DNA of 63,989 nucleotides, counting the filler, from Diploschistes diacapsis (taxonomy: Eukaryota), in assembly GCA_023645945.1 (NCBI GenBank). It is 4 parts of 4 records of this genome, joined end to end, with 100 filler letters (N's around TTAATTAATTAA, not from the genome) between each part and the next. Parts side by side here need not be neighbours in the genome. Positions count along the whole stretch, not along the records: positions 33,557 to 50,194 come from JALAIB010000493.1; positions 50,295 to 63,989 come from JALAIB010000636.1; 2 more parts are not named here. One strand, 5' to 3'. Of the stretch, positions 46,456 through 58,904 are shown in pieces. A program made the translations under genes and the position numbers. Under the pieces are notes generated by a model. It searched no databases and had not been told where the DNA came from. It worked only from the letters and a program-made list of their open reading frames with translations. Positions within the stretch are counted from its first letter, which is position 1. Every line of letters starts with the position of its first letter.

Positions 46456-46922
46456 AGTTCTTTCCTTGTCGTTCTTTCTTGATGATGATGCTCACCGCAC
46501 CTTACCCCAAATTCTACCTCTCAGTTCCTGCTGAATTTGGCATATCCCGTGGCACAAGCGCTACTGCAAGCAATCAGGAGACCAGACTTGTTGGCATTCT
46601 AGATTTCAAGCTGTGGCAGAAATGGGATGAAATTTGGGCTAAAAACACGAAAGCAACAAATTTTGGGGTGACTAAGCATCTCCTTGCACATGCGCAATCA
46701 TGTGACTGTAACTTTATTATGGAATTGAGCCGTGTTTAGGAACAACTCATCGACGGAGCGATACGTCAAAGAGCACCCAAGTGATATTAAAAAAACATAC
46801 ATGACCTGCTTGGAATAGTTGCTTGTCTATTCGTGGTCATGTCCCGGCAAGAAAAAGTCTCATATTCCTTACTGTCTGCCGAATTTCTCCAATATATACA
46901 CATTGTCTGCATGTGAAGAGAA

Positions 46923-47514
46923 ATGGATGTAGCGGGCGATAATGCTGAGAACGGGGCTAAAACCTCTTGCACTGGAATTTCACGATCTCGGAGAATCCTA
47001 GAACTTAACGAGATCGATCAGGCTAGTCACGTCACCACTTACGCTACGAGCGAGGCAACTAACATCACTATAGAACATAGCCAACGTTCTCAAGTTAGCG
47101 GGGCAGGCTATCAAAACGCTCGGCACCTTCTCTAACGAAGGGGGCGACCCTCAGCCTCTCTCGGCGGGTGAACGAAAGAAAGCTTTCACCGACGCAGTCT
47201 CCGAGTTCTACAGGCTACTGAGCGTGGTAGACGTCAACCTCCGCCGGCAGATACTTGCTCTCGAAGAAGCTGGAATCATTCCCTTCGGAAAGAGAGACAT
47301 ACCTGGCGAAGGTGACGCTTCAGCTGGCCAGGGCAAGGCTGTCAGGGAATCGGGAGGGCTCGGGAACCTGGACGTTGGCTGGCTGAACAGTAGGAATGAT
47401 AAGGTTGGGAAGGAGATGGAGGCAGAGCTTTGGATGCAGGCACGTGAACTAGTGGATAGTCTGGTTGCTGACAAGAGGGAAAATTCTAGCACAGAAGAGA
47501 TGGATAGGTCATGA
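46923..47514 (+). CDS. MED11: Mediator subunit Med11, 2 exons
   Basis: Exon 1 46923-47021 (..RILELNEIDQ), exon 2 47074-47514 (NIANVLKLAGQAI..VDVNLRRQILALEEAGII..LGNLDVGWLNSR.DKVGKEMEAELW). Confidence 0.85.
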
Positions 47515-48061
47515 GTATTGTGATACCCCGGCAAATGGAGCGCTTGAACCGCTGCCAAAAGGCCCAACGTTGCTCGTTCTAGGAACCCCACCATCTAGTG
47601 GAATCTTGAGACCCAAATCTATCTATTGCTCCTGGCGGACAGTCACAAGCATCGCACTGAAACTTGGAGAATGGAAGAGCCTAATGTTTCTTATGCTTTG
47701 AGACTAGTAAGGTAGATGGGAGGCACCTGCCATAGTAGTCAGTGATAGCTCGCTGCCTGCCTCATATATCGAGACTATTGAGTCGTCCCTCCAACATTAA
47801 CGCGTATTTTCTGTGTCCTTCAACATCTCAATTTTTCGTAATAGTAAGAAGTGCTTTCAGTAGCAGCTAAAGAGATGGGAAAGTCAAAAAGAGCTTCAGA
47901 CCTTGCTGAAAAAGCGGGCCAAGCGCTCGCCTGTAAGATCGGAGATGGCGCCCGTGGATTACCGAGATCAACAACCCAAGCTTTCTTCTTCACCTCAATG
48001 GTCAATTACCACTCTTAGGAGCTTCGACATACAGAGCGACGTTTCAAGTGCGGTCGCAAGG

Positions 48062-50194
48062 ATGGACACTGAGGACTCGCCTTGGGGAGGTCAGTTCATG
48101 TTTCAAGTCGACTTTGTGTCTATTTGCTAAACTCGACCAGATATGCCATCAAGGGGTTCGCAACAGGACCTCGCAGCAGCTAAGGAAAATGAAGAGTCGG
48201 GTATAGTTAAAACTGTAGCTTTCAGAGAAGCAAGGCTAAAATATGGAAGGAGAAGCGCAAAAAATAAAACCGACACCCTCGAATCTATCTTCATCCAACC
48301 CGCCCCGTTCTCCTGCCGGCCGCGGCCCTCGAACTCCCCGAACACCCCGTCGAGCTGAGCTGCAGCCTACTCGCCTAGAAGCTTTGGATGGTGGACAAGG
48401 GCCGTTAGGACCTCTAGGCGAAGAATCGCTGGCGCCGGATACAGGCCCTACGCCACCATTGAAAGAGCAAAACCTGCCCACGAGAACAAACCAGCAACCA
48501 AGAGGCCGAGCCCCAAATGCAGGCGCAGGTGCAGGCGCAGGAGTAGAAACTGGAGCTGGAGCAGCAGCTAGACCAGACACATTTGGCGCCGATGCGCCCC
48601 AAAACTTGAGAAGAGGCCCGCCACCTGTACGGCCCCCACCGTCAGTTCTTGAGAACAGGCGACAAGCGCAACCGAGCGTGAGCGTGGAGCAAGCTGCAAA
48701 GCCCTCCTTCAGCATTACAGTCGGTGACCCGCACAAAGTGGGGGACCTAACGAGCAGCCATATCGTCTATCAAGTCGGAACAAAGGTAAAGCTCCTCATC
48801 CCCCCATCATCCGTCTTATCTTATCGTCATTACTACCCGGACCTCGCCTGAACTAACGTACTTTCCTTTGGCAGACCTCATCTAAAGCTTACAAACTCTC
48901 CGAATTTACCGTCTCCCGTCGCTACCGGGATTTCCTCTGGTTATACACATCCCTGCACACCAACAACCCCGGCATCGTTGTTCCCCCACCCCCAGAAAAA
49001 CAAGCCGTTGGCCGCTTCGACACGAATTTTGTCGAGTCCCGACGCTCAGCCCTCGAGCGCATGCTCAACAAGGTCGCCACCCACCCTATTCTACAACACG
49101 ATTCGGACCTGAAGATATTTCTTGAAAGCGACGCCTTTGCCATGGATGTCAAGCACCGTGAGCACAAGGAGCCCCTAGCTCTGGGAGACGGGTCTGGGAA
49201 GTCGGGCGGCATGTTTTCGAGCCTGGGACTAGGTGGCGGAGGCGGCGGCAAGTTCGTAGAGCACGACGACTGGTTCCACGACCGTCGGATATATCTCGAC
49301 GCGCTAGAGAACCAGTTGAAGGCGCTCCTCAAGTCCATCGACACCGTCGCCGCGCAGCGCAAGATGCTCGCCGAGGCCGCGGGCGACTTCTCCGCCTCCC
49401 TGCACGCTCTGGCGGCAGTCGAGCTAAGCCCCAGCCTCTCCGGCCCGCTGGAGGGCCTGAGCGACATCCAGCTGCGCATCCGTGAGCTGTACGAGCGACA
49501 GGCGCAGACGGACGTGTTGACGCTCGGCATCACCATCGACGAGTACATCCGCCTTATATCTTCCATTAAGACGGCCTTCCAGCAGCGCCAGAAGGCCTAC
49601 CACACCTGGCACGCCGCCGAGTCGGAGCTCGCCAAGCGCAAGGCGACGCAGGACAAGGTGCTGCGCAGCGGCAAGACGCAGCAGGACAGGTTGAACCAGC
49701 TGCAGGCCGACGTGGGCGAGGGCGAGCGGAGGTACCACCAGGCGAGACTGCTGTACGAAGACATGGGGCAGCTGATGCGCGGAGAGCTGGAGCGGTTCGA
49801 GCGGGAGAAGGTGGAGGACTTCAAGGCCGGACTGGAAACGTTCCTCGAAGGCCAGGTCGAGGCTCAGAAGGAGGTGAGCAGACGTTCCTTAGCCCAAGCT
49901 TCCTTTCCTCGTTCCTTCTTTTCCCCAATCCAAACCCAACATCCAGCACCCTCAACCCCTATCATTCATTCCTTCCTTCCTTCCTTGCCTCCCCTCGGCA
50001 CAAAGTACCCTGTACATTCCACCGGGCTAACTCCACCCCCACGGGGGCCGTGCAAAAAACAGCTCATCGAGCTCTGGGAAACATACCTCATGCAGCTCGA
50101 CGCCGACGGCGGCGCCGCCGCCGACCAGCCCTTTTTCAGACCCCACGTCATGCAGACCGAGCCCCTGATCCCTCGGACTGGGGCTGGGGCTGGG
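48062..50194 (+). CDS. VPS5: Retromer sorting nexin (PX-BAR); runs into gap
   Basis: MDTEDSPWG first exon; PX domain FSITVGDPHKVGDLTSSHIVYQV..VSRRYRDFLWL..PGIVVPPPPEKQAVGRFDTNFVESRR; BAR domain ..ELERFEREKVEDFK..EAQKE|LIELWETY. Confidence 0.93.
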
Positions 50195-50294
50195 NNNNNN
50201 NNNNNNNNNNNNNNNNNNNNNNNNNNNNNNNNNNNNNNTTAATTAATTAANNNNNNNNNNNNNNNNNNNNNNNNNNNNNNNNNNNNNNNNNNNN
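50195..50294. other. Assembly gap / artificial spacer
   Basis: N44-TTAATTAATTAA-N44. Confidence 0.97.
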
Positions 50295-50816
50295 CCCCTC
50301 GTCACCCTCACCTACTTCGCCTCCAACGCCAGCTACTCCCTCTCCTCCTACAAGGCGCCGACGCAGAGCAAGCTATCCGCCACCACCCGCACCCCTTCCC
50401 ACGCCCGCCTCGGTATCCTCGGGCCCTCGAAGGCCTCCCTATCCTCGCGCTCCACGACGCTCACCCTCCTCTCCACGCTCGCCGACCCGGAACGGGCGAT
50501 AATACGGCTCGCCCTCGAGCCCAACGGCTCGGTACTCAGCGTCGGCGCTACCCCCGCCGGTGACCTCGAGAGCGCCTCGGCGCGGCAGGGGGGCGAGAAG
50601 GGGCTGCCGAGGTTGGAGGTTGTGCCTGCCGCGCCGGAGCCGCGGGCGCTGCTGAATAAGCCGGTGCAGCTGAACAAGGAAGGGAAGATGGTGAAGGATG
50701 AGGAGCAGGGGGAAAAGACGCTCTTGGCTAGGTATTGGTGGGTTGCGGCGCTGTTGTTGCTTGTTACCATGGTTGGGGGCGGAGGTGGGGAAGAAGGGGG
50801 TGGAGAGAGGAAGTAG
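50295..50816 (+). CDS. EMC10: ER membrane protein complex subunit 10-like, 5' part lost in gap
   Basis: Frame open from the gap to TAG; typical C-terminus LNKPVQLNKEGK...EKTLLARYWW + transmembrane segment + GGGG. Confidence 0.7.
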   Translation, partial: PLVTLTYFASNASYSLSSYKAPTQSKLSATTRTPSHARLGILGPSKASLSSRSTTLTLLSTLADPERAIIRLALEPNGSVLSVGATPAGDLESASARQGGEKGLPRLEVVPAAPEPRALLNKPVQLNKEGKMVKDEEQGEKTLLARYWWVAALLLLVTMVGGGGGEEGGGERK

Positions 50817-51139
50817 GTGCGTTTGAAGTTTGTATGAAGATATCATGGGGGCTCTGGATTCAGGTCTTGAACCAAAGGTCGGTGGAAAGCTACGGATAGA
50901 TAGGGGACTTCTGTGTGATCCTTCCCGCGGAGATAGCCTGAAAGGGGCATTTGGTAGAGCCAACGTACTGATGACCGTCCTGATATCAACAGTAGCATAA
51001 ATAAGCGGCAGTTTCTTCTGCCTCCATGTAGCGCGCGACTTGCAGCACCTGGATGGCAGAAGAGTAGCATACATGTATGTTTAGAATTCACGCTGTCCAA
51101 CGCCCCAATCAAGCTTTCTTTGACTCCAACTCATCATGC

Positions 51140-53113
51140 TCATTGGGATCTGAACATCTGTTCAGAGTAAGCTTCTGGGTCGCTTTCCAGCGGCGCTGAG
51201 CTCAATAATTCCATAGCTCGTACCAAACCCACTCTCTTTTCTTCCGGGTTCGAGGTACTCTTCCACACCTTGACGGTGCGGGAGCTTATCTCTTCGACGA
51301 ACCGTACAACAGCCCAAGCCAGTTCGAGCCTATCGCGCTGTAGGTTGATCCTTACTTGATGATAGTAGCCGTCCTTTGGCGAAGTTTCCAATTCACCCCA
51401 TAGCGGCGTTTCAGCATGCCATATGCCCCTGGACTGAGAGTCGATACTCTTAACAAGATCTGCCTGCAAAGCCTCTACTAGAGTACTTAAAAGGTCTGAC
51501 TGATCAGTGTAAATGGTATCTTCTGAGAGCATAAGATCCACTTTTGGGTCCAAAGAACTAGCAGCTGATCGAATAAGTTTATACTGAGTCCCTAGTGCAT
51601 GAGTTCGACTCTGGATAGTCAACTCGGTACCCTGTGAAGGTGCCTTGATCGTAATGGATACTTGAAGATGTCCAGACAAAGCCTCTACCACCTCATATAC
51701 ATATTCGCTTGAATCTACGGCTTCCAGGTGGAAGATCTTCTCCCAATCGATCTGATCAGTTGGCGAGGCCACTTCAAATTCAAGTTTGGCATTGACGAAA
51801 ACCCGTCTGATCTGCTCAAGAGCGTGCTCCAGAGTTGAGATAGCGGCTCGATGTTGGAGATATGATAACACTGGTCGAAGGATCGATGGTGGCGCCCACT
51901 GAGCACGTCGCTCAGAAATTGCAAGAGGCTTTTCCATTCGGCGCCGGTAGGTCTGTCGATGTGAATGTGAGAGAAGTATGCGTAGTATAACAAGAATGAG
52001 TGCTGGAGTCTTCTCAAGCGTCGTATGCGTGTGTTCAGGAAGCAGTACATCCACTTTGCTGGACCGGTCAACCAGCTCAACTAGCACAGATGTAGTATCC
52101 TCCAACGGAATCAAGATCCCATTGTCCAGACATCGAACATCTCGGTTTGCAGAGTTTCGACCTTCTCGGTAGATTTCAGCAAAGAGCTCTGAATCGAAGA
52201 TGCTATCCCTTGCCCTTAATAAGTCCGACTCTAATGAGTCATCATCCATTTTGTCACCATGGCCCAACGAAGAAGCAAGAAATTTTCCATTATGCAGGAC
52301 ACGAGCCCTAAGAATCTTCGGACGAACTCTATTGATACTAAGGTCCAGTTCAACAGATCCGTTCTCCCCGCGCCTAAGGGGAGCTAGGCCTTTGTCACGA
52401 AACTCTGCTGGGGATTCAAGGAAACCGAAACGAACTCCGAGCGTCTGCTTTTCTTTCGGTACCCGGGATATGCACCAACCCTTCTCACTGACTGAGAGAA
52501 CTTGCTTCCAGTACTTGGCCTCAAGCTTCATTTCATTTTCCAATTTAGTAGCGGACTTTAAGATCGTGTCGGCTGCAGAACATAGTGATTGCAGTTTACA
52601 GCCCATGGAAGCAAACTCATCATTTTGCTTCTGACTCTTAGGATATGCAGGCTGGCTGATGACTTCTGTACCCAAGCTCGCAGTGGGCACCGTTTCCTTG
52701 AGAAACGGCGAGAGGGTTACTTCTGCCTGCCTCACTTTATACTTTGTTAGCACCAGAGACATATAGTCTAGAGTGTGGTGCGTATCCGTGAACGCTTGCC
52801 TGGCCTATTTCAGCAAAATGAACCATGAGAGGCTCCAGTTTACGCACTGTGTGAATTTCCATATGTCTTGTCTTGCGGCTTGAAGTTGCTCAGGGCGAGG
52901 CTTCTCATCTTCCTCGGCTTTGTCCACGGGGCTTTCGACATCCTCAACACCAGATTCACCAGTCACTATCTCCCCCTGCAGACTTTCCTCTGATATATTT
53001 CTGAAACCTCCTTTCTGTTCCAGGATCCTGGAAATAAGAAACGGAACCGCTTTCTTTTCGGGATCCTCGGTAGTCCACAGACTAACAGAGAGCTGTCCAT
53101 GAGTGGCCATCAT
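51140..53113 (-). CDS. MED17: Mediator subunit Med17 (Srb4), 2 exons
   Basis: Exon 1 (ISRILEQKGGFRNISEESLQ), intron 52847-52800; LDYMSL, EAKYWKQVL...GW.I.RVP.EKQTLGVRFGF.ES..EFRDKGLAPLRR, ARDSIFDSELF.EI.RE. Confidence 0.88.
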
Positions 53114-53743
53114 AGATGCCAATACTGCATGCAGGATATCTCAAACTCGAAGAACTATCGATATGGAACAAAGAGAAATTGCGTCTTAAACAATCCAGAT
53201 TAACATAAACTTAGAAAATGCGAAAGAGACTGATATCTATCGTTAGCCGTATATCCTAAGGAGTTGAGGCCTAATGAATTTCAGGCAATCAATGCATGGT
53301 AGCACAACTGCAAGCTTCAGGTAGGTTGTATTTCGAGAACACAGTGTACGTAGTACTAGTTGGACTGTATCGAACCTTTGCCTACTGACATAGGCCCCAT
53401 GAACCTGAAATATCGGCCCGAGAGTACCACGAACTAAGCCAGCCATAGTGCAGCTTTGTCGGCCCGATGGTCTCGGAAGCCAAGCTCACGATATGTGGGA
53501 AGTTTCCCTGCAGCTTTCCGTTTGACTTTACAGACAAAAGTTGCATAATGGTGTGAATTGGCAGGTCAACTACTAGGTAAATTTAAGTCTACACTAAAGG
53601 GATAGAGTAATTGGAAGCACGCAAGTTCCTAAACCAGCAGAGAGAACTCCAGCCAAGCACTTCCCTCACTCCTCCCAAAAGCGCCTTCGATATCCTTTCC
53701 AAAGTCGATACGTCCTCCTATCTCCTCCGATTCATCCTCCTAT

Positions 53744-56700
53744 CTACATATCCCCAACCAACGCCCACTCTGCAACCGTCGTGCCCACCGCATCAGCACT
53801 ACTATCATTCCCATTCCCCACGACTATCAGCGTCGCCCAATCCCCACTCCACACCTTCCGCCCCATCGCCGTTAGATCGACCGTCGTACTATTACTCCTG
53901 TACGGCCCTACCTTCGCCACAGCGCTCGCATCGTAGGGCACGCTCGGCTGGATATTGGTCAACGTTATTGTCGCTCTCCCCGGGCTTGTGTGGGGGCAGG
54001 AACCGTTGTGCAGTATCACCGTGGCATTGATGGGCGGAAGGGAAGCCCAGTCGAAGAAGAGGGATGTAAGGCGCTGGAAAGGGATGGAGGAGGTGTCGAC
54101 TGTTATCGACGACGGGATTGAGGCGTTGCTGGGCTGCCAGATTGTGGAGATAGCGCCGTCGATGGCGGCGAGAGGGAATTGTCCGGGCCGGTAGGCCTGC
54201 GGAGATGTGACGCCTGAGAGGCATTGTAGGATGTTTCCGGGTACTGTCTTGTTGGTTTGGAAGGCGCGGTTGGAGATGACGATGGTACCATTGGGAGGGA
54301 GCGAGAGGAGGGTCGAGTTGCCACTGGCCTTGCCGACGGCGACGGGAATGGGGCTTGTGGCGAAGGCAGCATTTGCGCCTGCAAGGGGTGTCGAGAGGCG
54401 GGTGAGGGTCGTGGTCGTGCTGTTAGCAACGGCTTTGACGGGCCACCCGTGATGGTAAAAGGTTGGGTAGGCGAGATGCGGGATCTGTGGAGGAAGCGTG
54501 GGATTGACGCGAAGGGTGAAATTTATGCTGTAGCGCAGGCCAAGGTAGCCGTAGAGATCGACTTGCAGGAAGCCGCCATGGCCTGTCAGAAAGGGAAAGG
54601 CCGGATTGGTGCCGCCATTAAGGGTGTAATCATCTATCAGCTGCTCCGAGAAGGAGAACCAAGGCTCCCGCACATATGGAGACCAAGAGTCGAGGTCGTA
54701 GGTGTACGCAGAGCAACCGGAAGGGCTGATGTCGCTCGCATCTATACTGAAGATAGCGTACGTCATGCCTGGCCCGTCTTGCGACTGCCTGCCTGCATAG
54801 TAGTCAAGATCGGCGAGCTGAGCTGCCAAAGTGTAGTTCTCTTCTACATCCAAGGGGTAGATTTTCAGCACAACGTCTGCTTGTTTCACGTCGATTGTGC
54901 CGTTCATTCCTTTGTACTCAAGACTGATGTCCCCAGCGGCGGGGATCAGAAGATTTGACATTTGCTCGTCCCATTGAGTATTGCGACTCTTGCCCATTAT
55001 TTCACGAAACCAATTCGCACTATTCATGGTATATGCCACTAACGGCATGGTGAATCCTCCGTCATCAACGTGGTTGGCATACTCATCAGGATCGGTAGAG
55101 TTGGTGAGCTCGTAAAGCGAGCCATTTCTCTCTAGGAGGTCTGAAAAGAGAGTTGCAATGGATTGCAAGGGGTCGTAGAGGTTGTTCCTGAAGTACTCGG
55201 TATCCCCTGAGCTAGCCCACAGTGTGACGAACGATTGTGCGATGTCGCCATTCAGATGATACTCGTAATCGAAGCAAGGGCCAGTGGCCGTGCAGTTTGC
55301 GTCCCGCCCACTGGTCCATGAATAGATCGCGCTGTTGTTAGAGAATTGAGTCTGATTTTTTGAAGATTGATATGCGGTTTTGATGTTCGCCTTAGCCTGA
55401 GGATATTGCTGGACGCGGTTGTTCGCAATCTGTTTCGCCTGAAAAGGGAATGAAGCAGTGAGGAAGGGTTGCATCCAGGTATTCTCATCCCAGAACCTCT
55501 GCCCTCCGTAACAGTCAGACGTCAATCCGCATACACTAATTCCGTTGGCGTTGACAGATGCATTGTTCGCTAGAACCAGAGCATTCTCGCCGACTGTATT
55601 CATGAGCAACCCAAACGCGCTAACCACTTGCACCAAACTCTTCTCGATCAAGGCAGGAGTTGGGGGAAGTATGCCAGTTGCCGGATTGGAATAGTCTGAA
55701 ACAGAACTCTTTGGTAGAATGTGCTCCCACTCGTCGCAATGCGCTTGTAGACTCTTCGAGTATCCATCTGCCATAGCCTGTGTCACCGCCGTCTTTGCTT
55801 GGTCTTGAGGATTAACGAAAGAATCTGAAGATGCGATTCCTACATATTTAGTGAAAGCTGCGGTTTTGCCGGCTTTCAGGGCCGCCGTCGCACTCTGCGC
55901 AATAGTCGCAGGCACAGCACTGACATATGGCTTTTGCTTCACCAACTGCATATTACTCAAGCCGGTGCCGTTGGAGGATTCCATGCCCGCGTATACCCAA
56001 GCCGTCACTTCGTCGACACCAAATGGAGTGACAGCAGAATAGATCAAGTTACCATCTGATCCCTGCTTTCTAGAATTGGTACGCAGTGCGCTAGAACCAT
56101 CCAGGATGTTAACCACAGACACATTACAGTCTTGGGACGGCTGAACTTCGAGCTGTACATAGGCTCTGTTAATGTGTAGTTTATCGGCAAAGGCTGCGTA
56201 TGATATGCTCAAAGAGAGGCCATGAGAGCGGCTTGGTGTCCACGTATACTGCCATTTAGCTAGACCTTTTCGGAAATCCTGCGTAAGCGTGACATTAGAA
56301 AGCTCTGACAAGCTTGTGTTTGCGTCCAGGTATTGCCCGTTCGCCAATTCAAGAATAAGTGGACCCCAACTTGGAAGCCCACTGATCACGCTGTCCCAGC
56401 CATACTGCCCAAGCCAGGCAAAGTTGGTACCGTTCGTAGTAGGTTGGCGATCAAAGAACCCGCTGACCGTTCCAAATGTTTGCCTTTGATCAAAAACTGG
56501 CCAACCGCTGGACTCTGAAAAGGTCTGGACAAACGGTCCGTTCGAGGCCATGCTCAATCCGAAGTAGCCATTGGCTGTGTACGCGACTGAGCGGAAATCC
56601 TCTGGTCGGACAGTCGTAGTAGTTAAGGTCCAGGCATCGTTATCCCAAACAACATCCTCAAATCTCGTAGAGTAAAGTGACTGTCCTTTTGCCCTTGGAA

Positions 56701-56815
56701 AATTAGTGGCTGACTGGTTGTCACTATGCTGGTCGATAACAACTTGCACACTATCGGCATGAACGCAATGAGTATAAAGATATAAGCCGAAAACAGGCAA
56801 GACTAAGGAGAACAT
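53744..56815 (-). CDS. ATH1: Secreted acid trehalase (glycoside hydrolase family 65)
   Basis: Single exon with signal peptide; ANGYFGL, SGWPVFDQR, GLTSDCYGGQRFWDE, NCTATGPCFDYEYHLNGDIA, TDPDEYANHVD, VKQADVVL, GPGMTYAIFS, GGTNPAFPFLTGHGG. Confidence 0.95.
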   Translation of the reverse strand: MFSLVLPVFGLYLYTHCVHADSVQVVIDQHSDNQSATNFPRAKGQSLYSTRFEDVVWDNDAWTLTTTTVRPEDFRSVAYTANGYFGLSMASNGPFVQTFSESSGWPVFDQRQTFGTVSGFFDRQPTTNGTNFAWLGQYGWDSVISGLPSWGPLILELANGQYLDANTSLSELSNVTLTQDFRKGLAKWQYTWTPSRSHGLSLSISYAAFADKLHINRAYVQLEVQPSQDCNVSVVNILDGSSALRTNSRKQGSDGNLIYSAVTPFGVDEVTAWVYAGMESSNGTGLSNMQLVKQKPYVSAVPATIAQSATAALKAGKTAAFTKYVGIASSDSFVNPQDQAKTAVTQAMADGYSKSLQAHCDEWEHILPKSSVSDYSNPATGILPPTPALIEKSLVQVVSAFGLLMNTVGENALVLANNASVNANGISVCGLTSDCYGGQRFWDENTWMQPFLTASFPFQAKQIANNRVQQYPQAKANIKTAYQSSKNQTQFSNNSAIYSWTSGRDANCTATGPCFDYEYHLNGDIAQSFVTLWASSGDTEYFRNNLYDPLQSIATLFSDLLERNGSLYELTNSTDPDEYANHVDDGGFTMPLVAYTMNSANWFREIMGKSRNTQWDEQMSNLLIPAAGDISLEYKGMNGTIDVKQADVVLKIYPLDVEENYTLAAQLADLDYYAGRQSQDGPGMTYAIFSIDASDISPSGCSAYTYDLDSWSPYVREPWFSFSEQLIDDYTLNGGTNPAFPFLTGHGGFLQVDLYGYLGLRYSINFTLRVNPTLPPQIPHLAYPTFYHHGWPVKAVANSTTTTLTRLSTPLAGANAAFATSPIPVAVGKASGNSTLLSLPPNGTIVISNRAFQTNKTVPGNILQCLSGVTSPQAYRPGQFPLAAIDGAISTIWQPSNASIPSSITVDTSSIPFQRLTSLFFDWASLPPINATVILHNGSCPHTSPGRATITLTNIQPSVPYDASAVAKVGPYRSNSTTVDLTAMGRKVWSGDWATLIVVGNGNDSSADAVGTTVAEWALVGDM

Positions 56816-57440
56816 GGTGACCTCCGGCAAAGAAATCTAGGATTGTTGATTTATTGTCTATATGGAGCAACAACAGACAGAGAGAACGACCGTCGAACAC
56901 AAGCGAAACACTTTTAGACTGTATCTTTAAGTCTCACTCGATTTCTGCGTCCCTCTACCAGGCAATGTGGAGCAGCAGGCAGATACCCTTTTCTCATGAT
57001 GCTTTTAGAATAGCTCTTCGTGACGTTGCCGAAGAGAAATCCGGTATCACCGCGGGAACGTGGACTGCGTCACGGTTGTAACGTTTGACGTAGGTTCAGA
57101 GGTTCTACTATCTATCTATCTATCTACACCTAACAGAAGCATGGCTCGCCAATGCTTATGTTGGATATTCTACTCCAGACGTGCTTCGAATTGTACCTTG
57201 CATGTATGTACGCTAGTGTAAAATGAAAGGATAAATTATTGCACCAGCGTTTGTTTTCCCCCCATCCACCGAACGTGGTTCTAATTCTATGCGTTTTTCC
57301 AGAATGTACAGTAGTAATACTTGCTGGAACCCAGGCAAAAGGTTGAACTCCGAAAAGTTATCGCATATTAACTGCTCGCTGCTGGGTATCATCAAGAAAT
57401 ATAGCAACAATCCCGCCTATCCGTAAAGCAGCTTCTGCTG

Positions 57441-58546
57441 TCAATCGGAGTCACCCAAACCACCATTGGTACGATCATCGTTCTGAATATCTTCGCCATC
57501 TTCTTCTACTTCCTCATCGACGTGGTGTCTTGGTCTGCTGGTGCTGGAGCGCCGGTTGGAAGCCGTCGGCGCTGCCCTTTCGCCTACAAAGTCTTCGCTA
57601 CTCCAGTCCAGCTTGCAAATAGGGCACTTTCGGGATTTTTGGACCCGAAAGAAGTTTTGAGTGCAAATGTCGTGTAATCGGCACGGACAGGACCGCTTGA
57701 CGCACCTTTGGCCCTGATGTACGATCAGTTCTTTCCTTGCAAGAATCATGCTGGATCATACAGTTGTAATTATCTCCTTACAGGCGAAGCATGCCTTGAT
57801 TTTCAAATGTTGATTCCGATCACTCCCCTCATCGCTCTCTTCATCGTTGTATGTCTCTATAAGCCAGCCGCGTAATTCCATTAATGCTCTTGGGCTCAAG
57901 CTGTAGAATTCTTTCCTGCTCCTCTCAAACCACCCCTGCTCAACGAGCGACTTCAGGACTTTCTCGGCTTGCATCTGACTGATGCCTTGGCCAGAGCTTC
58001 CCTGAGTCTCTGATTCATTTAGGGTTTCCCTCCGGTTCGAGGCCGGTTTGTGGAGCCTAGTCGCTTGTATAGGCCTTATAGCCATAATCTCGTGGCCAGG
58101 GGTGTTATTTGTCTCGAACATTGCATCAAGCACTCGCTTAACGAAACTGATCTCATCTGGGGAGAAAGAGGTTGCTAGTTGCGTGATGGGGTCGCTGGTG
58201 GAATTTACAAGCGCGTATATGCGCTTGCGCGTAAGTTGATGGTATGTGCTTCGGATTTCTAAATCAAAGGGGGTAATAGCATCATTGGCCGTTGTTACAT
58301 AGAAATTGAGATCTGCTTCTGTTACATCTCCAGGCAGAACATCTCGCTCTTCTACCAATCGATCTCGTTAGCTGGCGTTGGTTTCATTGACTTACGAAGC
58401 AGACTCATCTTACCATGCGCGGTCAAAATCGCTGATAAGATCGGTTGCGCCTCCTGGAACGTAAGCGTGGATCTGGCAATAAACGCCTGTAAAAAGGCTC
58501 GATTGGAATCATTGTATGCAGACACGTCTTCTGCATGTCGAGACAT
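57441..58546 (-). CDS. NSE1: Smc5/6 complex subunit Nse1 (winged helix + RING), 3 exons
   Basis: YNDSNRAFLQAFIAR, PFDLEIRST.HQ, YALVNSTSDPITQLAT, GWFERS...YSLSPRALMEL, RING CFACKEIIT|GQRC...C.CRLHDIC...CPICK..W. Confidence 0.92.
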
Positions 58547-58904
58547 CGGGAGATTGTTAGCTGCAACTTGTGTTCGTGTCTTTGTGTCAAATCGAAGTTG
58601 AGTTGCAGTACCTGCTATAGATCAGGCGTTCGCGATGTCATGTCACGTGCTCTCGCGACTGAGGCTAAGCTTATTTTGGCTAACTTATCTGACGGTACTA
58701 TACGCTAGCTAGGAGTGGGTTAGCGCTTAATGCTCCCTGCAGGTTAGCATCTAGGGCAACTTAACTTGATGTCTAAATTTATATTCTACATATTTGCATG
58801 TATTCTTGCTTGCAGTGCAGCTGGGAATCCGAGCCCCATCTGATGACAGTGTCGTCCCATACCAGGGCGAGTTAACAAACTTCATTCTCGGCTTTTATAC
58901 ATAC

